64,000 bases of DNA, taken from a bacterium. Its GTDB lineage: Bacteria > SAR324 > NAC60-12. Shown one piece after another: positions 53,049-63,692 of the stretch. Position 1 is the first letter of the stretch. Each line of letters begins with the position of its first letter. The stretch covers positions 96,001-160,000 of the forward strand of contig CBDBHR010000023.1 of NCBI GenBank assembly GCA_965205865.1, in the 5' to 3' direction. The notes beneath the pieces are model-generated. The model saw only the letters and a list, made by a program, of their open reading frames with translations, had not been told where the DNA came from and did no database searches. A program made the translations under genes and the position numbers.

Positions 53049-53519
53049 TCAAGCGGATTTCAGAGTCACAGAGGAATCGTGATGGTTCAGTTCATGGATG
53101 CCGCATGCTTCACATCCTTTGCTCCATTGAGAGGAGCCATCGATGAAATGTTCTTTTTTCCAAATTGGGACACTGTGTTTGATAGTATCTATGATAAAGC
53201 GGCTGGCGCTATAACAATCTTTACGATGCGAGGTTGCCACAGTAATGGCAATGCTGGATTCTGAAACTCGCATGTAACCCAAACGGTGAATCACTTCCAC
53301 ATAATGCGCCTCCCAGCGTCGGCAGGCTTCTGCCACGATTTCGTCGATTTGTTTGAGCGCCATGCTTTCTTGTGCTTCATATTCCAAGGCAACCACTGCT
53401 TTGCCTTCATTATGGTTACGAATGTCGCCACAAAATAAAAGCATCGCGCCTGCCTGAGGATGATGCGCTCGGGCTTGCAAAGCATCAAGGTCAATCGTAT
53501 CACGAGTGATTGTATTCAT
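53049..53519 (-). CDS. moaE: Molybdopterin synthase catalytic subunit
   Basis: GAMLLFCGDIRNHN..LEYEA..HRLG..SHR..IDTIKHSVPIWKKE. Confidence 0.93.
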   Translation of the reverse strand: MNTITRDTIDLDALQARAHHPQAGAMLLFCGDIRNHNEGKAVVALEYEAQESMALKQIDEIVAEACRRWEAHYVEVIHRLGYMRVSESSIAITVATSHRKDCYSASRFIIDTIKHSVPIWKKEHFIDGSSQWSKGCEACGIHELNHHDSSVTLKSA

Positions 53520-53644
53520 TTGGTCTCGCATTAACGCGAATCATTGTGAAAACACATGTGAATTTTTTCTCAAACTCAGATGACATTGACACTAATCTAC
53601 CTTATTATCGCAGGAAATAAAAACTATTTTTTAAGGAAACACGC

Positions 53645-55447
53645 ATGATTCGGGATACTATTGCAGTTCTGGATTTTGGCAGTCAATATGCCCACCTCAT
53701 CGCAAAACGTATCCGGCATTTAGGGGTTTATACGGTAATTTGCTCCCCCATGACGGCTACATGCCAACTGCAATCAATGAAAGGTATTGTCCTTTCCGGG
53801 GGACCGGCTTCAGTTTTCGCCCATGATGCGCCTGCTTTCAATGAGAAAATTTTATCTCTCGATCTACCCATCCTGGGTCTCTGTTATGGTCATCAGCTGA
53901 TTGCGCAATACTATGGAGGCACAATCCGGAATACGGGACTGGGAGAATTCGGAAAAACCTTTGTTGACGCGAATAGTTCTTCTCCTCTTTGGGCAGATAT
54001 TACTTTTCCATCCCGGGTATGGATGAGCCATCAGGACAGTGTCACGGTCCCTCCTCCGAATTTCGAAGTCATCGGCCATACTGCCGAATGCCCGGTAGTG
54101 GCCCTCCAGCACAATAAACGACGGATATATACCCTGCAATTTCATCCGGAAGTGAATGATTCGGAACAGGGGGAACAGATGTTGGCCAATTTTATCAAAC
54201 AATGTGGGGCCCAAGCCAGTTGGTCCATGGAAAACTTTATTCGAGATATTATTTTCGAGATTCAAGAAACCGTCGGAGGCCGAAAAATATTGATGTTCCT
54301 CAGCGGAGGAGTTGACTCGTCCGTGACTTTTGCCTTGCTGAACAAAGCTTTGGGAAAACAACGGGTTTGGGGGTTATTCATCGACAATGGCTTTCTGCGT
54401 AAAAACGAAGCCGGGGATATCAAGGAGCGCTACCAGCAACTTGGATTCGACAACGTGAGTTTCCGGGATGCGAGTGAAGATTTCCTCGATGCTTTGAAAG
54501 GTCGGGTGGACCCGCAGGAAAAACGAAAACTTGTGGGAGCCATGTTTATTCAAATCCGAAACCATTTTCTCCGGCAAGCAAAGCTGGATCCGGCCCAATG
54601 GATGCTGGGACAAGGAACACTTTATCCTGACATCATCGAATCAGGGGGAACAGAACACGCGCAGGTCATCAAATCTCATCACAACCGTGTTCAGGAAGTC
54701 GAGGATTTACTGGCAGAGGGACATGTCGTGGAGCCTTTGAAAGACTTATACAAAGATGAAGCGCGAAAAACCGCAAAGCTTCTCGGTCTGCCCGATTCTA
54801 TCGTCTGGCGGCATCCTTTTCCGGGACCGGGTCTTTCAATCAGCGTACTCTGCGCCCATGGAGACGAAGTTTTTGAGAACATGGCATTCCTCTGCGATAA
54901 GCTCAGCAAGGTCATTGCTTCCTCCCCTTATGAAGCAGATCTCCTGCCTGTGCGCTCAGTAGGCGTGCAAGGAGATCAACGCACGTATACCCAACCTGCC
55001 GTTTTGAGTGGCCCCTTGGACTGGAACTTGCTGGAGCAAACGTCTATTCGAATTACTAATGAACTGAGGGCCATCAACAGGGTCGTCCTTCTTCTCTCTC
55101 CTGCCCGCCTGCCTCCATTGACAATCAGAAAAGCTTATTGCACCAGGGAACGTCTCGACCTCTTGCGCAGTGCAGATGCAATTGCCACTCAAACGTTCAC
55201 CGCGCATGATCTCATGCGGCAAATCTTCCAACTGCTGGTGATCATTTTACCCCTTTCGGTGAAAGGGACAGGCAACTGTATCGTCCTACGCCCTGTTTGT
55301 TCTGAAGACGTGATGACGGCTCAATTTGCCAAAGTGGACTGGAACATCCTCAAACCCCTGGCAGAACAAATTTTTGAACTCCCCGGGATTGAAGCGGTTT
55401 TTTATGATGTGACCCACAAGCCTCCCGCTACATTTGGATGGGAATGA
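53645..55447 (+). CDS. guaA: GMP synthase (glutamine-hydrolysing)
   Basis: LDFGSQY, GLCYGHQ, QFHPEV, SGGVDS, IKSHHN, RHPFPGPGL, KPPATFGWE. Confidence 0.96.
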   Translation: MIRDTIAVLDFGSQYAHLIAKRIRHLGVYTVICSPMTATCQLQSMKGIVLSGGPASVFAHDAPAFNEKILSLDLPILGLCYGHQLIAQYYGGTIRNTGLGEFGKTFVDANSSSPLWADITFPSRVWMSHQDSVTVPPPNFEVIGHTAECPVVALQHNKRRIYTLQFHPEVNDSEQGEQMLANFIKQCGAQASWSMENFIRDIIFEIQETVGGRKILMFLSGGVDSSVTFALLNKALGKQRVWGLFIDNGFLRKNEAGDIKERYQQLGFDNVSFRDASEDFLDALKGRVDPQEKRKLVGAMFIQIRNHFLRQAKLDPAQWMLGQGTLYPDIIESGGTEHAQVIKSHHNRVQEVEDLLAEGHVVEPLKDLYKDEARKTAKLLGLPDSIVWRHPFPGPGLSISVLCAHGDEVFENMAFLCDKLSKVIASSPYEADLLPVRSVGVQGDQRTYTQPAVLSGPLDWNLLEQTSIRITNELRAINRVVLLLSPARLPPLTIRKAYCTRERLDLLRSADAIATQTFTAHDLMRQIFQLLVIILPLSVKGTGNCIVLRPVCSEDVMTAQFAKVDWNILKPLAEQIFELPGIEAVFYDVTHKPPATFGWE

Positions 55448-55692
55448 TCAACATGGACCGTTTATTGCTTTTAGATCAGGTCGAAGAGACGGTAAAACCG
55501 GAAAAATGAGGGACATGGGCTTGTGCCGAATCTCTCAATTATCAGTGAATGGATTTCTCATTTGAAGGTGGAAAAACGAACCACGTGATCTTGTTGATAC
55601 AATTTGATTTTGATAGGCTGAGATATTATCGCATAGCGACCTGAAACCCGGAGCAATTTTTATAAACCCAAAGAACTTTGAGAATGAAGACA

Positions 55693-55905
55693 ATGGACAT
55701 AATGGATATCAATAAAGAAGAACTCATCAAAAAATACAAAACGAATCCCGTCATCAAGAGTGGCACAATCATAATTTTCTTGCTGTTAGCCTATATGCTG
55801 CCAGGAGGATTCCTCAATTTACTGTTTGCCCTTGCCGGATTGGGATTGGGATATTTGGCTTACAATGACCATGTCGAAAATATCGACCATGTCGATTCCC
55901 AATAA
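55693..55905 (+). CDS. Small hypothetical membrane protein
   Basis: Two hydrophobic segments; start uncertain. Confidence 0.5.
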   Translation: MDIMDINKEELIKKYKTNPVIKSGTIIIFLLLAYMLPGGFLNLLFALAGLGLGYLAYNDHVENIDHVDSQ

Positions 55906-56484
55906 CTGCCAAAGCTGATAAATTACGTCTCCTTGCCTTCCATATAAAACAAATGTGGGCCTTGCCCCAGTTTTCTGGTGTTTTCGGCTTTCATTAGTTT
56001 TGGTTTTACTCTACTGGACTTTGGACATTCGATTTATTCTTTTAATTTTCATTATTCAATAATATCAATTGGTGGAAATTCTGTAAAAAATTAATACAGG
56101 TTACTGTTTTCCATTTTTGATGATACGACCTGTATTAATTCCAATACAGATTCGTAAGACATTGATTTTATTAAACCCAAAAGTTGAATAAAATGTTCAA
56201 AGTCGAGACTCTAATGATCGTTTTTAATATGCGGGACTTTTTCAAAATTGAAAAGGAATAAAGAACAATCTATGTTTCACTCTCAGTGCTGAGACTCGAA
56301 GGTTAACTGGAAAATCCCGAAGATAGAGGTTTCAGTCCTTGTAAATTCGTTCATCAAAGAGTTGAAAATATTATTTAAAATTAAGAAGATATCTCAAATG
56401 GATATCATTTGAACATCTGCAATCGCAAATGGAACCGGCAGCCTGCATTCAGAGGAATGCGCCTGATCTGGCGAAGGAGAAGAA

Positions 56485-56883
56485 ATGAGGGAAATCGCCC
56501 CCAATTTGTTGTATACGAAAGAACACGAGTGGGTCCGTATTGATGGAACGGCTTGTACCGTGGGTATCACCGACCACGCCCAGCATCTGCTGGGGGACGT
56601 GGTCTATGTGGAATTGCCTTTGGTTGACGATGAAATAGATGCCGGCGACGAATTTGGCACCATCGAATCCGTAAAAGCGGTCTCTTCTTTGTTTATACCC
56701 ATGTCCGGAAAAATTACGGAGGTCAACACTAACTTGGAAGATGAGCCGGAAATCATCAATGATGACTGCTATGGAGACGGTTGGTTGATTCGTTTGAATG
56801 CATTCAACTTAGAGGAACAAGAATCTTTACTCACGGCAGAAGAGTATGAAACATTTTTATTGGAAGAAGAACCCAACGCCTGA
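56485..56883 (+). CDS. gcvH: Glycine cleavage system H protein
   Basis: YTKEHEW..VGITDHAQ..LGDVVYVELP..IESVKA. Confidence 0.95.
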   Translation: MREIAPNLLYTKEHEWVRIDGTACTVGITDHAQHLLGDVVYVELPLVDDEIDAGDEFGTIESVKAVSSLFIPMSGKITEVNTNLEDEPEIINDDCYGDGWLIRLNAFNLEEQESLLTAEEYETFLLEEEPNA

Positions 56884-56906
56884 GAGCTGGGGTCGGGTTC
56901 TTTTTT
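56869..56906 (+). terminator. Rho-independent terminator after gcvH
   Basis: gaaccc...gggttc stem followed by a T run. Confidence 0.6.
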
Positions 56907-56933
56907 CCCCTTAATTTTATATCCCACATTTCC

Positions 56934-58082
56934 TCAGTCAGATCTGGGAAAACAGAGCATCAAGCGGGCCACGCGTTCCCCGGTCTGCCGCATCAAGCGA
57001 CCCCCTTGCCGTATTGAATCCTTTAATGCCAGCGGAGTGGAAACTAAAGGCATAGTGGCGGTAATATGAGCGTCATGCAAGAGATGGAGGTCTTCCTGCA
57101 CGATAGACCCTCCAATTGCCAGGAGCGGAACGTGGTGTCGTGCGGCCACCTTGGCAACACCCGCGATTGTTTTTCCTCGAACAGTCTGTGAGTCAATACG
57201 GCCTTCACCGGTGACAATCAAATCTGCTTGTTGGGCAAAGTGCTCAAACCCAACCTGTTCCATCACGATGCCGATGCCACTTTTTAGCTCCGCCTTCAAA
57301 AGAGCGGAAAACATCCCTCCCAAACCACCCGCGGCGCCTGCTCCGGGAAGGGTCGAAATGTCTTGTCCCAAATCACGGCGGATTACCTGCGCCAAATTCA
57401 ACATTCCAACTTCCAGTTGTTCAATCATTTCCGCGTTGGCTCCTTTTTGAGGGCCAAAAATCCGCGCGGCTCCTTGAGATCCCACCCAGGGATTGTCGAC
57501 ATCACAGGCAATAGTAAATTGGATTTCCTGCAAACCCGATAAAAGGAACTCGGTGGAGATGCGCGCAATTCGACAAAGGTCTCTTCCCACCAGTTTATCT
57601 TTCAAGAGAGTTCCTTTTTTGTCCAAAAAACGTACTCCCAACGCCTGAGCCATCCCCATCCCACCATCCACAGTGGCACTCCCTCCGATTCCCATATAAA
57701 CCCGGTGAACTCCTTGCTCCAATGCCGATTGAATCAATTCACCCGTCCCATAAGAAGTGGTGAGCAAAGGGTTTCTCTGCCGGGGAGGGACCAGTTCCAA
57801 CCCCGAGGCAGCCGCCATTTCAACAACTGCTTCTTTTTTTTCAGGTATCAATCCGTAGGAAGCTTCTACCAAAGAATCCAAGGGACCGGTCACTTGGCGA
57901 TACTGCAAGCTACCCTGTTGAAAAATCAATGCCTCCACGAACCCTTCACCTCCATCGGACAGCGGAACTGTATCAATCTGCGCATCAGGGCGTATCGATG
58001 CGAATCCTTCCTGAAAGAATTGGGCGGCTACGATACTACTCATGGATTCCTTGAAGGAGTCAAAGGCCAGTAAAATTCGCAT
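56934..58082 (-). CDS. Glycerate kinase (GlxK/GarK family)
   Basis: DSFKES, DGGEG, GGSATVDGG, GAGAAGGLG, TGEG. Confidence 0.93.
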   Translation of the reverse strand: MRILLAFDSFKESMSSIVAAQFFQEGFASIRPDAQIDTVPLSDGGEGFVEALIFQQGSLQYRQVTGPLDSLVEASYGLIPEKKEAVVEMAAASGLELVPPRQRNPLLTTSYGTGELIQSALEQGVHRVYMGIGGSATVDGGMGMAQALGVRFLDKKGTLLKDKLVGRDLCRIARISTEFLLSGLQEIQFTIACDVDNPWVGSQGAARIFGPQKGANAEMIEQLEVGMLNLAQVIRRDLGQDISTLPGAGAAGGLGGMFSALLKAELKSGIGIVMEQVGFEHFAQQADLIVTGEGRIDSQTVRGKTIAGVAKVAARHHVPLLAIGGSIVQEDLHLLHDAHITATMPLVSTPLALKDSIRQGGRLMRQTGERVARLMLCFPRSD

Positions 58083-58323
58083 ATAAACACCAGTTGTGGA
58101 TAATTTCGGCTATTTTTTTTTCGCAGTCGCGCATGAACAATTAGCACATCCGCACCCGTCGCTTCAACTCCCGGGTGTGTCCGGTCGCATCGTAGTAATT
58201 GAGCTCCCGTCCATTTCAGGCCATCCACCCCAGGCTGTTTTCCTCAAGGCGTGGAAGCGATATTCCTTAAAATAACGTTCTTCTCTTTGTGGAATAACAG
58301 GGATTCTTTATCGATTGTAGAAA

Positions 58324-58713
58324 TTAAAGAGAAGCGGTGAGTTCCGGACACAGTTCCAGGACTGCGTTTTTCATGAATTTCCGTGTGTGGACATCTGAAT
58401 CTACAATGGTTCCGTTCCAAACCGCAATGTCCAAGTCAATAGTGCGTGGACCGGATTTATTGACCGTACCCACTCGACCAAGAGAATGCTCCAGTTCACG
58501 CAACCATTGTTTGAGTTCTGCAGGACCAAGGGACGTCTGAATTAAAAAAGCTCCATTGACAAAATCCGCTTGTTCAGCGTATCCGATTGGTTTTGTCCGC
58601 ACAAACTGCGAGACATCGAGCAACATATGCGCATCTGACAACTTCTGCCGAGTTTGTTCGATATGGTGATGGGGATTGATATTGGATCCCACGGCAATCA
58701 CGACTCGATTCAT
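58324..58713 (-). CDS. folK: 6-hydroxymethyl-7,8-dihydropterin pyrophosphokinase
   Basis: AVGSNI..QADFVNG..LEHSLGR..GPRTIDLDI. Confidence 0.92.
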   Translation of the reverse strand: MNRVVIAVGSNINPHHHIEQTRQKLSDAHMLLDVSQFVRTKPIGYAEQADFVNGAFLIQTSLGPAELKQWLRELEHSLGRVGTVNKSGPRTIDLDIAVWNGTIVDSDVHTRKFMKNAVLELCPELTASL

Positions 58714-59063
58714 CCCCGTCTCTCCGAAGTGACGACACTCACTGAATCGGCGAATCTCAAAGAGCGGGGTTTGTCCACTTCCACACGCGCAAAAGTCACC
58801 TTGGAATCTGCCGCCACAAGGCTCAGCACATGGGCTGCCAGTTTTTCCAGCATTTGAAAATTCGTTTGCTCCACTTCGGCAATGATTCGTTTGCTCACGG
58901 AACGATAATTGACGGTATCTTCAATGTTGTCGGATTGAGAGACTTGACTGCCGTCGAATTCGATCTCTACGTTGATCACGACTTCCTGCTTGTTGGTCCG
59001 CTCCCAATCATTCAATCCAATGATGGCGCGTAAACGTAAATTTTTAATGTGAATCCACATCAT
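58710..59063 (-). CDS. Dihydroneopterin aldolase / triphosphate epimerase (FolB/FolX)
   Basis: IKNLRLRAIIG..WER..Q..NYR..LEKLA..VDKP..LRFADSVSV. Confidence 0.9.
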   Translation of the reverse strand: MMWIHIKNLRLRAIIGLNDWERTNKQEVVINVEIEFDGSQVSQSDNIEDTVNYRSVSKRIIAEVEQTNFQMLEKLAAHVLSLVAADSKVTFARVEVDKPRSLRFADSVSVVTSERRG

Positions 59064-59799
59064 CTTTTTTATATTGATGGACTTTGCCCAGATGTTCACC
59101 ACCATCAAGGAACAAACAGTCTCCGGTGACGAAGTTGGTATCCCGAAAAAAACGAATGGCGCGCACGACGTCTTCCACATTTCCGTAACGTTGGAGCGGG
59201 AGCTCTTTGCATTTCGTTTCAAGAAAACGAGAACCTTCTCCTTCGGGAGGAAGGATCAATCCTGGACAGAGACCATTCACCCGAATGCGCGGCGCCAATT
59301 CCAGGGCTGCCATTTTGGTCGATTCAAAAAGTATCTTCTTGCTCATAGAATAAGCAAAATGGGTGGAGGAGTTTTGAGTAATCCGAGTGTCGAGTAAGTT
59401 GACAATGGATCCTTCCGTTCGGCAAAGGCGGGAAAATCCTTGCATGAGCAATAACGGCGCTTTCAGATTGACCTGCCAGGAACGCTCCAGCAAAGCTCCC
59501 GTGGTTTCCATCAACGAACCTGCTTCAAACGCGGCCGCATTGTTGACCAGCAGATTACATTGCGGCTCGATTTGAAACGCCTGTTCAATCAATGTTTTCA
59601 CCTGGCTGGCATTGGAAAGACTCGCCTTTAGCATATGACAGACGACTCCGCTGGCCTCCATTTGCTTTGCCGTTTCTCTGGCTGCCTCCTCCGAATGATG
59701 GTAATGCAACAGCACGGTATACCCGTCTTGGGCCATCCCCCGGGCAATCGCTTTTCCAATTCTTCGAGACCCTCCCGTGATCAATACGGCCGCAGGCAT
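59044..59799 (-). CDS. Pteridine reductase (FolM-like SDR)
   Basis: ITGGSRRIG, HYHHS, YSMSK, LAPRIRVNGLCPG; in an operon with folB/folK. Confidence 0.85.
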   Translation of the reverse strand: MPAAVLITGGSRRIGKAIARGMAQDGYTVLLHYHHSEEAARETAKQMEASGVVCHMLKASLSNASQVKTLIEQAFQIEPQCNLLVNNAAAFEAGSLMETTGALLERSWQVNLKAPLLLMQGFSRLCRTEGSIVNLLDTRITQNSSTHFAYSMSKKILFESTKMAALELAPRIRVNGLCPGLILPPEGEGSRFLETKCKELPLQRYGNVEDVVRAIRFFRDTNFVTGDCLFLDGGEHLGKVHQYKKDDVDSH

Positions 59800-59946
59800 A
59801 AACGATTTCTCTGTGGTCTGAAATTTGTAAGAAGCCAGAGTGTATCACTCTCTTTTGGCATGTCAAATGGTTTTCCGACCTCCCACAGTATTGTTCAATC
59901 GATTGTGCGGGAACCCTCAGGAAAAGGAAAAAGTCGTCCAATAGGC

Positions 59947-60130
59947 TCATACCTTGCGGGCAAGGATCACACTGCGGATGATGATGGAAAGCAAGACGGT
60001 CAATCCTCCAATAAACGCCCAGAACCCCGGAATTTCTCCAATGAGGAACAAGACCCAAACAGGATTGAGAATTGGTTCAAGAGTCAATATCAAACTGGTT
60101 TCCAAAGCGCTCACATATTTGACTTTACCG
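59947..60130 (-). pseudogene. DMT/EamA transporter C-terminal fragment
   Basis: VSALETSLILTLEPILNPVWVLFLIGEIPG. Confidence 0.7.
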
Positions 60131-60288
60131 CAATGGAGGTCATGTTTCAAATTTCAACTAAGCATAGGACATTTTCTCCGGACAATCTGATGTTTCGTTA
60201 ATATTGGCATGGATAGCTCCTGGGAATTCAGTTTAGCGGTATCACCACAAAAAAAGGAAAAATAGTCAGCTTCATCAGCTAATGTTTA

Positions 60289-60442
60289 GGAATAAACCTT
60301 AAATAACCTGTAATTATTCCAATGGTGTGAGCAAAATTGGGGGACATGTACAGCGGCATCCCAACTCTACTGTTTTATGCCTGCTGTTACGTGTCCCCTA
60401 ATTTTGCGTATCCATACTTCTAACTTATTTAAATTTCATTCC
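60289..60442 (+). mobile_element. MITE, copy C
   Basis: Same family as 40886-41043; TTA/TTA flanks. Confidence 0.85.
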
Positions 60443-60563
60443 TTAAGATGGCTATGCAGGGTAGAAATGAATAGGTGACACTGGATTGGAAAAAAGGTAA
60501 TTTATCCTGAAATTTGAGTCCAAAGGAAGATTTTTAAGACAAACCTCGTCACAAGGATCATTC

Positions 60564-60869
60564 ATGATTACCGTTCGCAAGCAAGAAGTCGCCAATTGGC
60601 TTCTGTTGGACTATCAAGCAAAATTGTTCACTCTCCATGAGAAATTACGTTTTTTTGAGCAAAAGTATCAACAATCCTGGAACACCTTTGAACAACAAAT
60701 AAAAACCGCTTCCAAAGAAAATTTTTCTCAGTGGGATGATTACATGGAATGGAAAGCCTATATAAAAATGGTTGAAGAGATTGTCACCAAAATTGAGGAT
60801 CAAAATGAGTACACAAAAGATAGCCATTACAATCCCGATAGGCTTGATTCCGATTATAGATCAAATTAG
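60564..60869 (+). CDS. Hypothetical antitoxin-like protein, native 3' end probably lost
   Basis: LRFFEQKYQQSWNTFEQ..WDDYMEWKAY; overlaps the next gene. Confidence 0.5.
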   Translation: MITVRKQEVANWLLLDYQAKLFTLHEKLRFFEQKYQQSWNTFEQQIKTASKENFSQWDDYMEWKAYIKMVEEIVTKIEDQNEYTKDSHYNPDRLDSDYRSN

Positions 60870-61059
60870 TCGGCAAAAAGGGATATCCAGAAGTAAATTT
60901 GTCACAAATGTCCTCAAGGAAAAAGTTCAGGAAGAACAGGGACGCTACCTGCAAGATGCGTATAATCGCGTTTTCTCTAAAGAAGAGGTCAGAAAAGAAC
61001 AATTAGCGACAGCCATGTGGTTTGAAGGTGCAGAAAGCAAAGAAGGGCAGGAGTGGTGA
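60805..61059 (+). CDS. Ribbon-helix-helix antitoxin
   Basis: KIAITIP..IDQISRQKGISRSKFV; overlaps the toxin start. Confidence 0.8.
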   Translation: MSTQKIAITIPIGLIPIIDQISRQKGISRSKFVTNVLKEKVQEEQGRYLQDAYNRVFSKEEVRKEQLATAMWFEGAESKEGQEW

Positions 61060-61400
61060 TACGAAAAGGATCTATATATTGGGTCGATTTTTCTCCCGGC
61101 AAAGGATCGGAGCCTATGGGAAGAAGCCCCGGACTGGTTGTACAAAATAATTATTTGAACGATAGCCAGTTAAATACAGTGATTGTCGTCGCAATTACGT
61201 CGACTTTAACATTTGGAGAGCTTCCTGGAAATGTTGTATTGAGAAAAGGGGAGGCCAATATACCTAAAAAATCGGTGGTCAATGTGAGTCAAATCAAGAC
61301 AGTGGATAAGAATAGCCTCAAAGAAAAAATTGGCGCAATACCGTCAAATAAATTGACACAGGTGTACGAGGGTATCAAACTGATGTTTGGTGAGTCTTAA
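61053..61400 (+). CDS. MazF/PemK family toxin
   Basis: IRKGSIYWVDFSPGKGSEP..PGLVVQN..VVAITS..SVVNVSQIKTVDK. Confidence 0.9.
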   Translation: MVIRKGSIYWVDFSPGKGSEPMGRSPGLVVQNNYLNDSQLNTVIVVAITSTLTFGELPGNVVLRKGEANIPKKSVVNVSQIKTVDKNSLKEKIGAIPSNKLTQVYEGIKLMFGES

Positions 61401-61587
61401 AGCATTTCTCCCGTTATTGGTCGCGCAACGGTCAATGCTTTAGATATGAACCGGCCTTTGATTCTGGCCATCCAAGAGGAAGAAGTGCTGTCAGGACGTC
61501 ATGGATCACCATGAAATGATCGTCAAACACTTCGTCAGGCAGGGACGATAAACAAATTGGCTCGCGTGTTCAAACTCAAGGTAGCGT

Positions 61588-62415
61588 ATGTTCCCGTCGA
61601 TACTAGAGCTAGAGAGAGTTGATGACAATCGATTCGTGGCCCCCTCCTCACCTGACAAAGGCGAACGGGTGTTTGGCGGGCAATTTATGGCGCAGTGCCT
61701 TTATGCAGCGCAATGCACGATAGAAGACGGGCGACCTGCGAATTCATTTCACTCTTACTTTTTGCGTCCGGGTAATGTTGAACAGAGGATCGACATTATT
61801 GTTGACGTTGTTCGAGATGGTCGCACGTTCTCGAGCAGGCAAGCAATCGCCTATCAGAACAGAAAAGAGCTCTATCGAATGATCGCGTCGTTTCAAGTCA
61901 GCGACCAGTCGCCCGAGTACACCGCCGTCCCGATGCCGGACGTCCCTCCGCCCGAATCGATTGTGATGACCTACGACGATTTTCACCTGCAACAAACCGG
62001 GGAAACTGCGTGGGCTGGTTCTAATCGACCCATGGATATTCGCTATATCAACCCGCCGGGACAGCGTGGTGAAGCGGTTACGGAAGCGCAGTTAATGTGG
62101 ATGAAGATCCGCGACCCCATTGCCAGCACAGCTACTGCGCACCAGGCAGGTCTCGCCTATCTTTCCGACAGTTCCTTGGTTGACCATGTGATGTTACCGC
62201 ACGGACTACGTTGGCAAGACGAGGACTTTGCAGGCGCAAGCTTGGACCATTCGATGTGGTTTCATCGCCACGGACGCGCCGACGAGTGGGTACTTTTTAC
62301 ACAGTCGGTTGAAACAACTGGTAGCGGTCGCGGGTTAGCAATAGGAAGATTTTTCGACCAGCAAGGAACGTTACTGGCGACTTGCACCCAAGAGGGCCTG
62401 ATGCGGTGGTCCTGA
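61588..62415 (+). CDS. tesB: Acyl-CoA thioesterase II
   Basis: VFGGQ, SFHSYFLRPG, RDGRTFSSR, LAYLSD, ASLDHSMWFH, QEGL. Confidence 0.9.
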   Translation: MFPSILELERVDDNRFVAPSSPDKGERVFGGQFMAQCLYAAQCTIEDGRPANSFHSYFLRPGNVEQRIDIIVDVVRDGRTFSSRQAIAYQNRKELYRMIASFQVSDQSPEYTAVPMPDVPPPESIVMTYDDFHLQQTGETAWAGSNRPMDIRYINPPGQRGEAVTEAQLMWMKIRDPIASTATAHQAGLAYLSDSSLVDHVMLPHGLRWQDEDFAGASLDHSMWFHRHGRADEWVLFTQSVETTGSGRGLAIGRFFDQQGTLLATCTQEGLMRWS

Positions 62416-62539
62416 TGTCAAAATTATCGAGATTTGTGGGCTGCAAGTTTCGTAAAAATATTTTTCAATGGCAAAATTGGCGCTTTGGATCAGCAGCTTC
62501 ATTAATTTTCTGTTTCTGCGGAAAAAACGTCAAAAAAGT

Positions 62540-63478
62540 CTACCGCTTTATCTGATCGTTGATCACCGCCCGTTTTTCGCTGTCGGACAAGGATTCCCAG
62601 TTTTTTCGTAACTGGTAGCGGACAGGACCGAACTTCTCTTGCCATCCGTGAGTATCGTCATAATTCATCAGTTGGCGAAACCGGTCATCGTGGCGTGCCA
62701 GCATTTCTTCGCTGAGGCGGCCCTGAAAGTTTTCCTGGATGCGGTAATGCCTGCCGCAGTAATCCGCATTGACCGATAAGCGCAGGCCGGGATTGTTCCG
62801 GGGAAAGGCGCCGTGCCAGACATTGCCGTGAAAGATCAAAACGGAACCGGCAGGAGCTTCCACCGGTACCACGTCTTCAACGCCTTCCATCGGTTTGGGA
62901 TGCCGGCAAAGCTTATGGGAGCCTGGTATGATGCAAAAGGCCCCGTTGTCTTTGGTGTAGTCGGTGAGAATCCAATTGGTGTTGCACTTGTGCACTCCAA
63001 CGGCAGGCAACACCGGGCCTCGATACAATGCTGTATCGTCGTGCATACCCAGGGTGGGACCATAGCCAACGGGATCCTGCCATTTGATGAAACTGGTCAA
63101 CGAAGACAACTGACAATCCTCCCCCAGATAGTATTCGATCAACGGTAAGGTCATCTTGTGTTGCACGATCTCCTCAAAGACCGGGTCTTCTTCGAAAAAT
63201 GTAAAGAGGAGGTACTGACTGTTATTGGTGCCTTCCCCAATGAGAGTGCCGTGCTCGCCGGTTTCGATATCGTGTTTGATGCCGGTTCGTTCTTCCGCAA
63301 TTCTCAGGATGGCAGCCCGCATGCGCTCCATTAGGCGGTCCCCTCTTATTTTTTCCGGTGGAATCACCGTCAAGCCATAGGCTTCCAACTCTTCCAGGTG
63401 CTTCATGAGACCTTGCTCCTTAATCCGTTGGTAGGCTGGGGAGACGGTTTTCAGTTGAGACCAGTGTTTAGTGCTCAT
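62540..63478 (-). CDS. Phytanoyl-CoA dioxygenase family protein
   Basis: HDD, LTDYTKDNGA..IPGSH, PAGSVLIFHGNVWHG. Confidence 0.88.
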   Translation of the reverse strand: MSTKHWSQLKTVSPAYQRIKEQGLMKHLEELEAYGLTVIPPEKIRGDRLMERMRAAILRIAEERTGIKHDIETGEHGTLIGEGTNNSQYLLFTFFEEDPVFEEIVQHKMTLPLIEYYLGEDCQLSSLTSFIKWQDPVGYGPTLGMHDDTALYRGPVLPAVGVHKCNTNWILTDYTKDNGAFCIIPGSHKLCRHPKPMEGVEDVVPVEAPAGSVLIFHGNVWHGAFPRNNPGLRLSVNADYCGRHYRIQENFQGRLSEEMLARHDDRFRQLMNYDDTHGWQEKFGPVRYQLRKNWESLSDSEKRAVINDQIKR

Positions 63479-63692
63479 GAGTTTCTCCTTTTCGAACAAA
63501 TTGTACTAAAAAAATCCTTGGCGATTGAGACATATCAAACTCTCTGGAAAACCATAGCATCTGTAAACAGGCGCGTAAAGAATAAGATTGAACTGTTCAC
63601 TCAGTTGCCTTTTTTTAATTTCTGAAACTGTGTCAAGCGTTTTAGTCCCATACGTGATGTTGACCATCACGCTGGCCTGGAGCGCCCCCTAG

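Noticed and set aside
56200-56484. Glycine riboswitch upstream of gcvH
   Set aside because: Only scattered short matches (ctctcag, cgaaggag); aptamer order and pairing not seen
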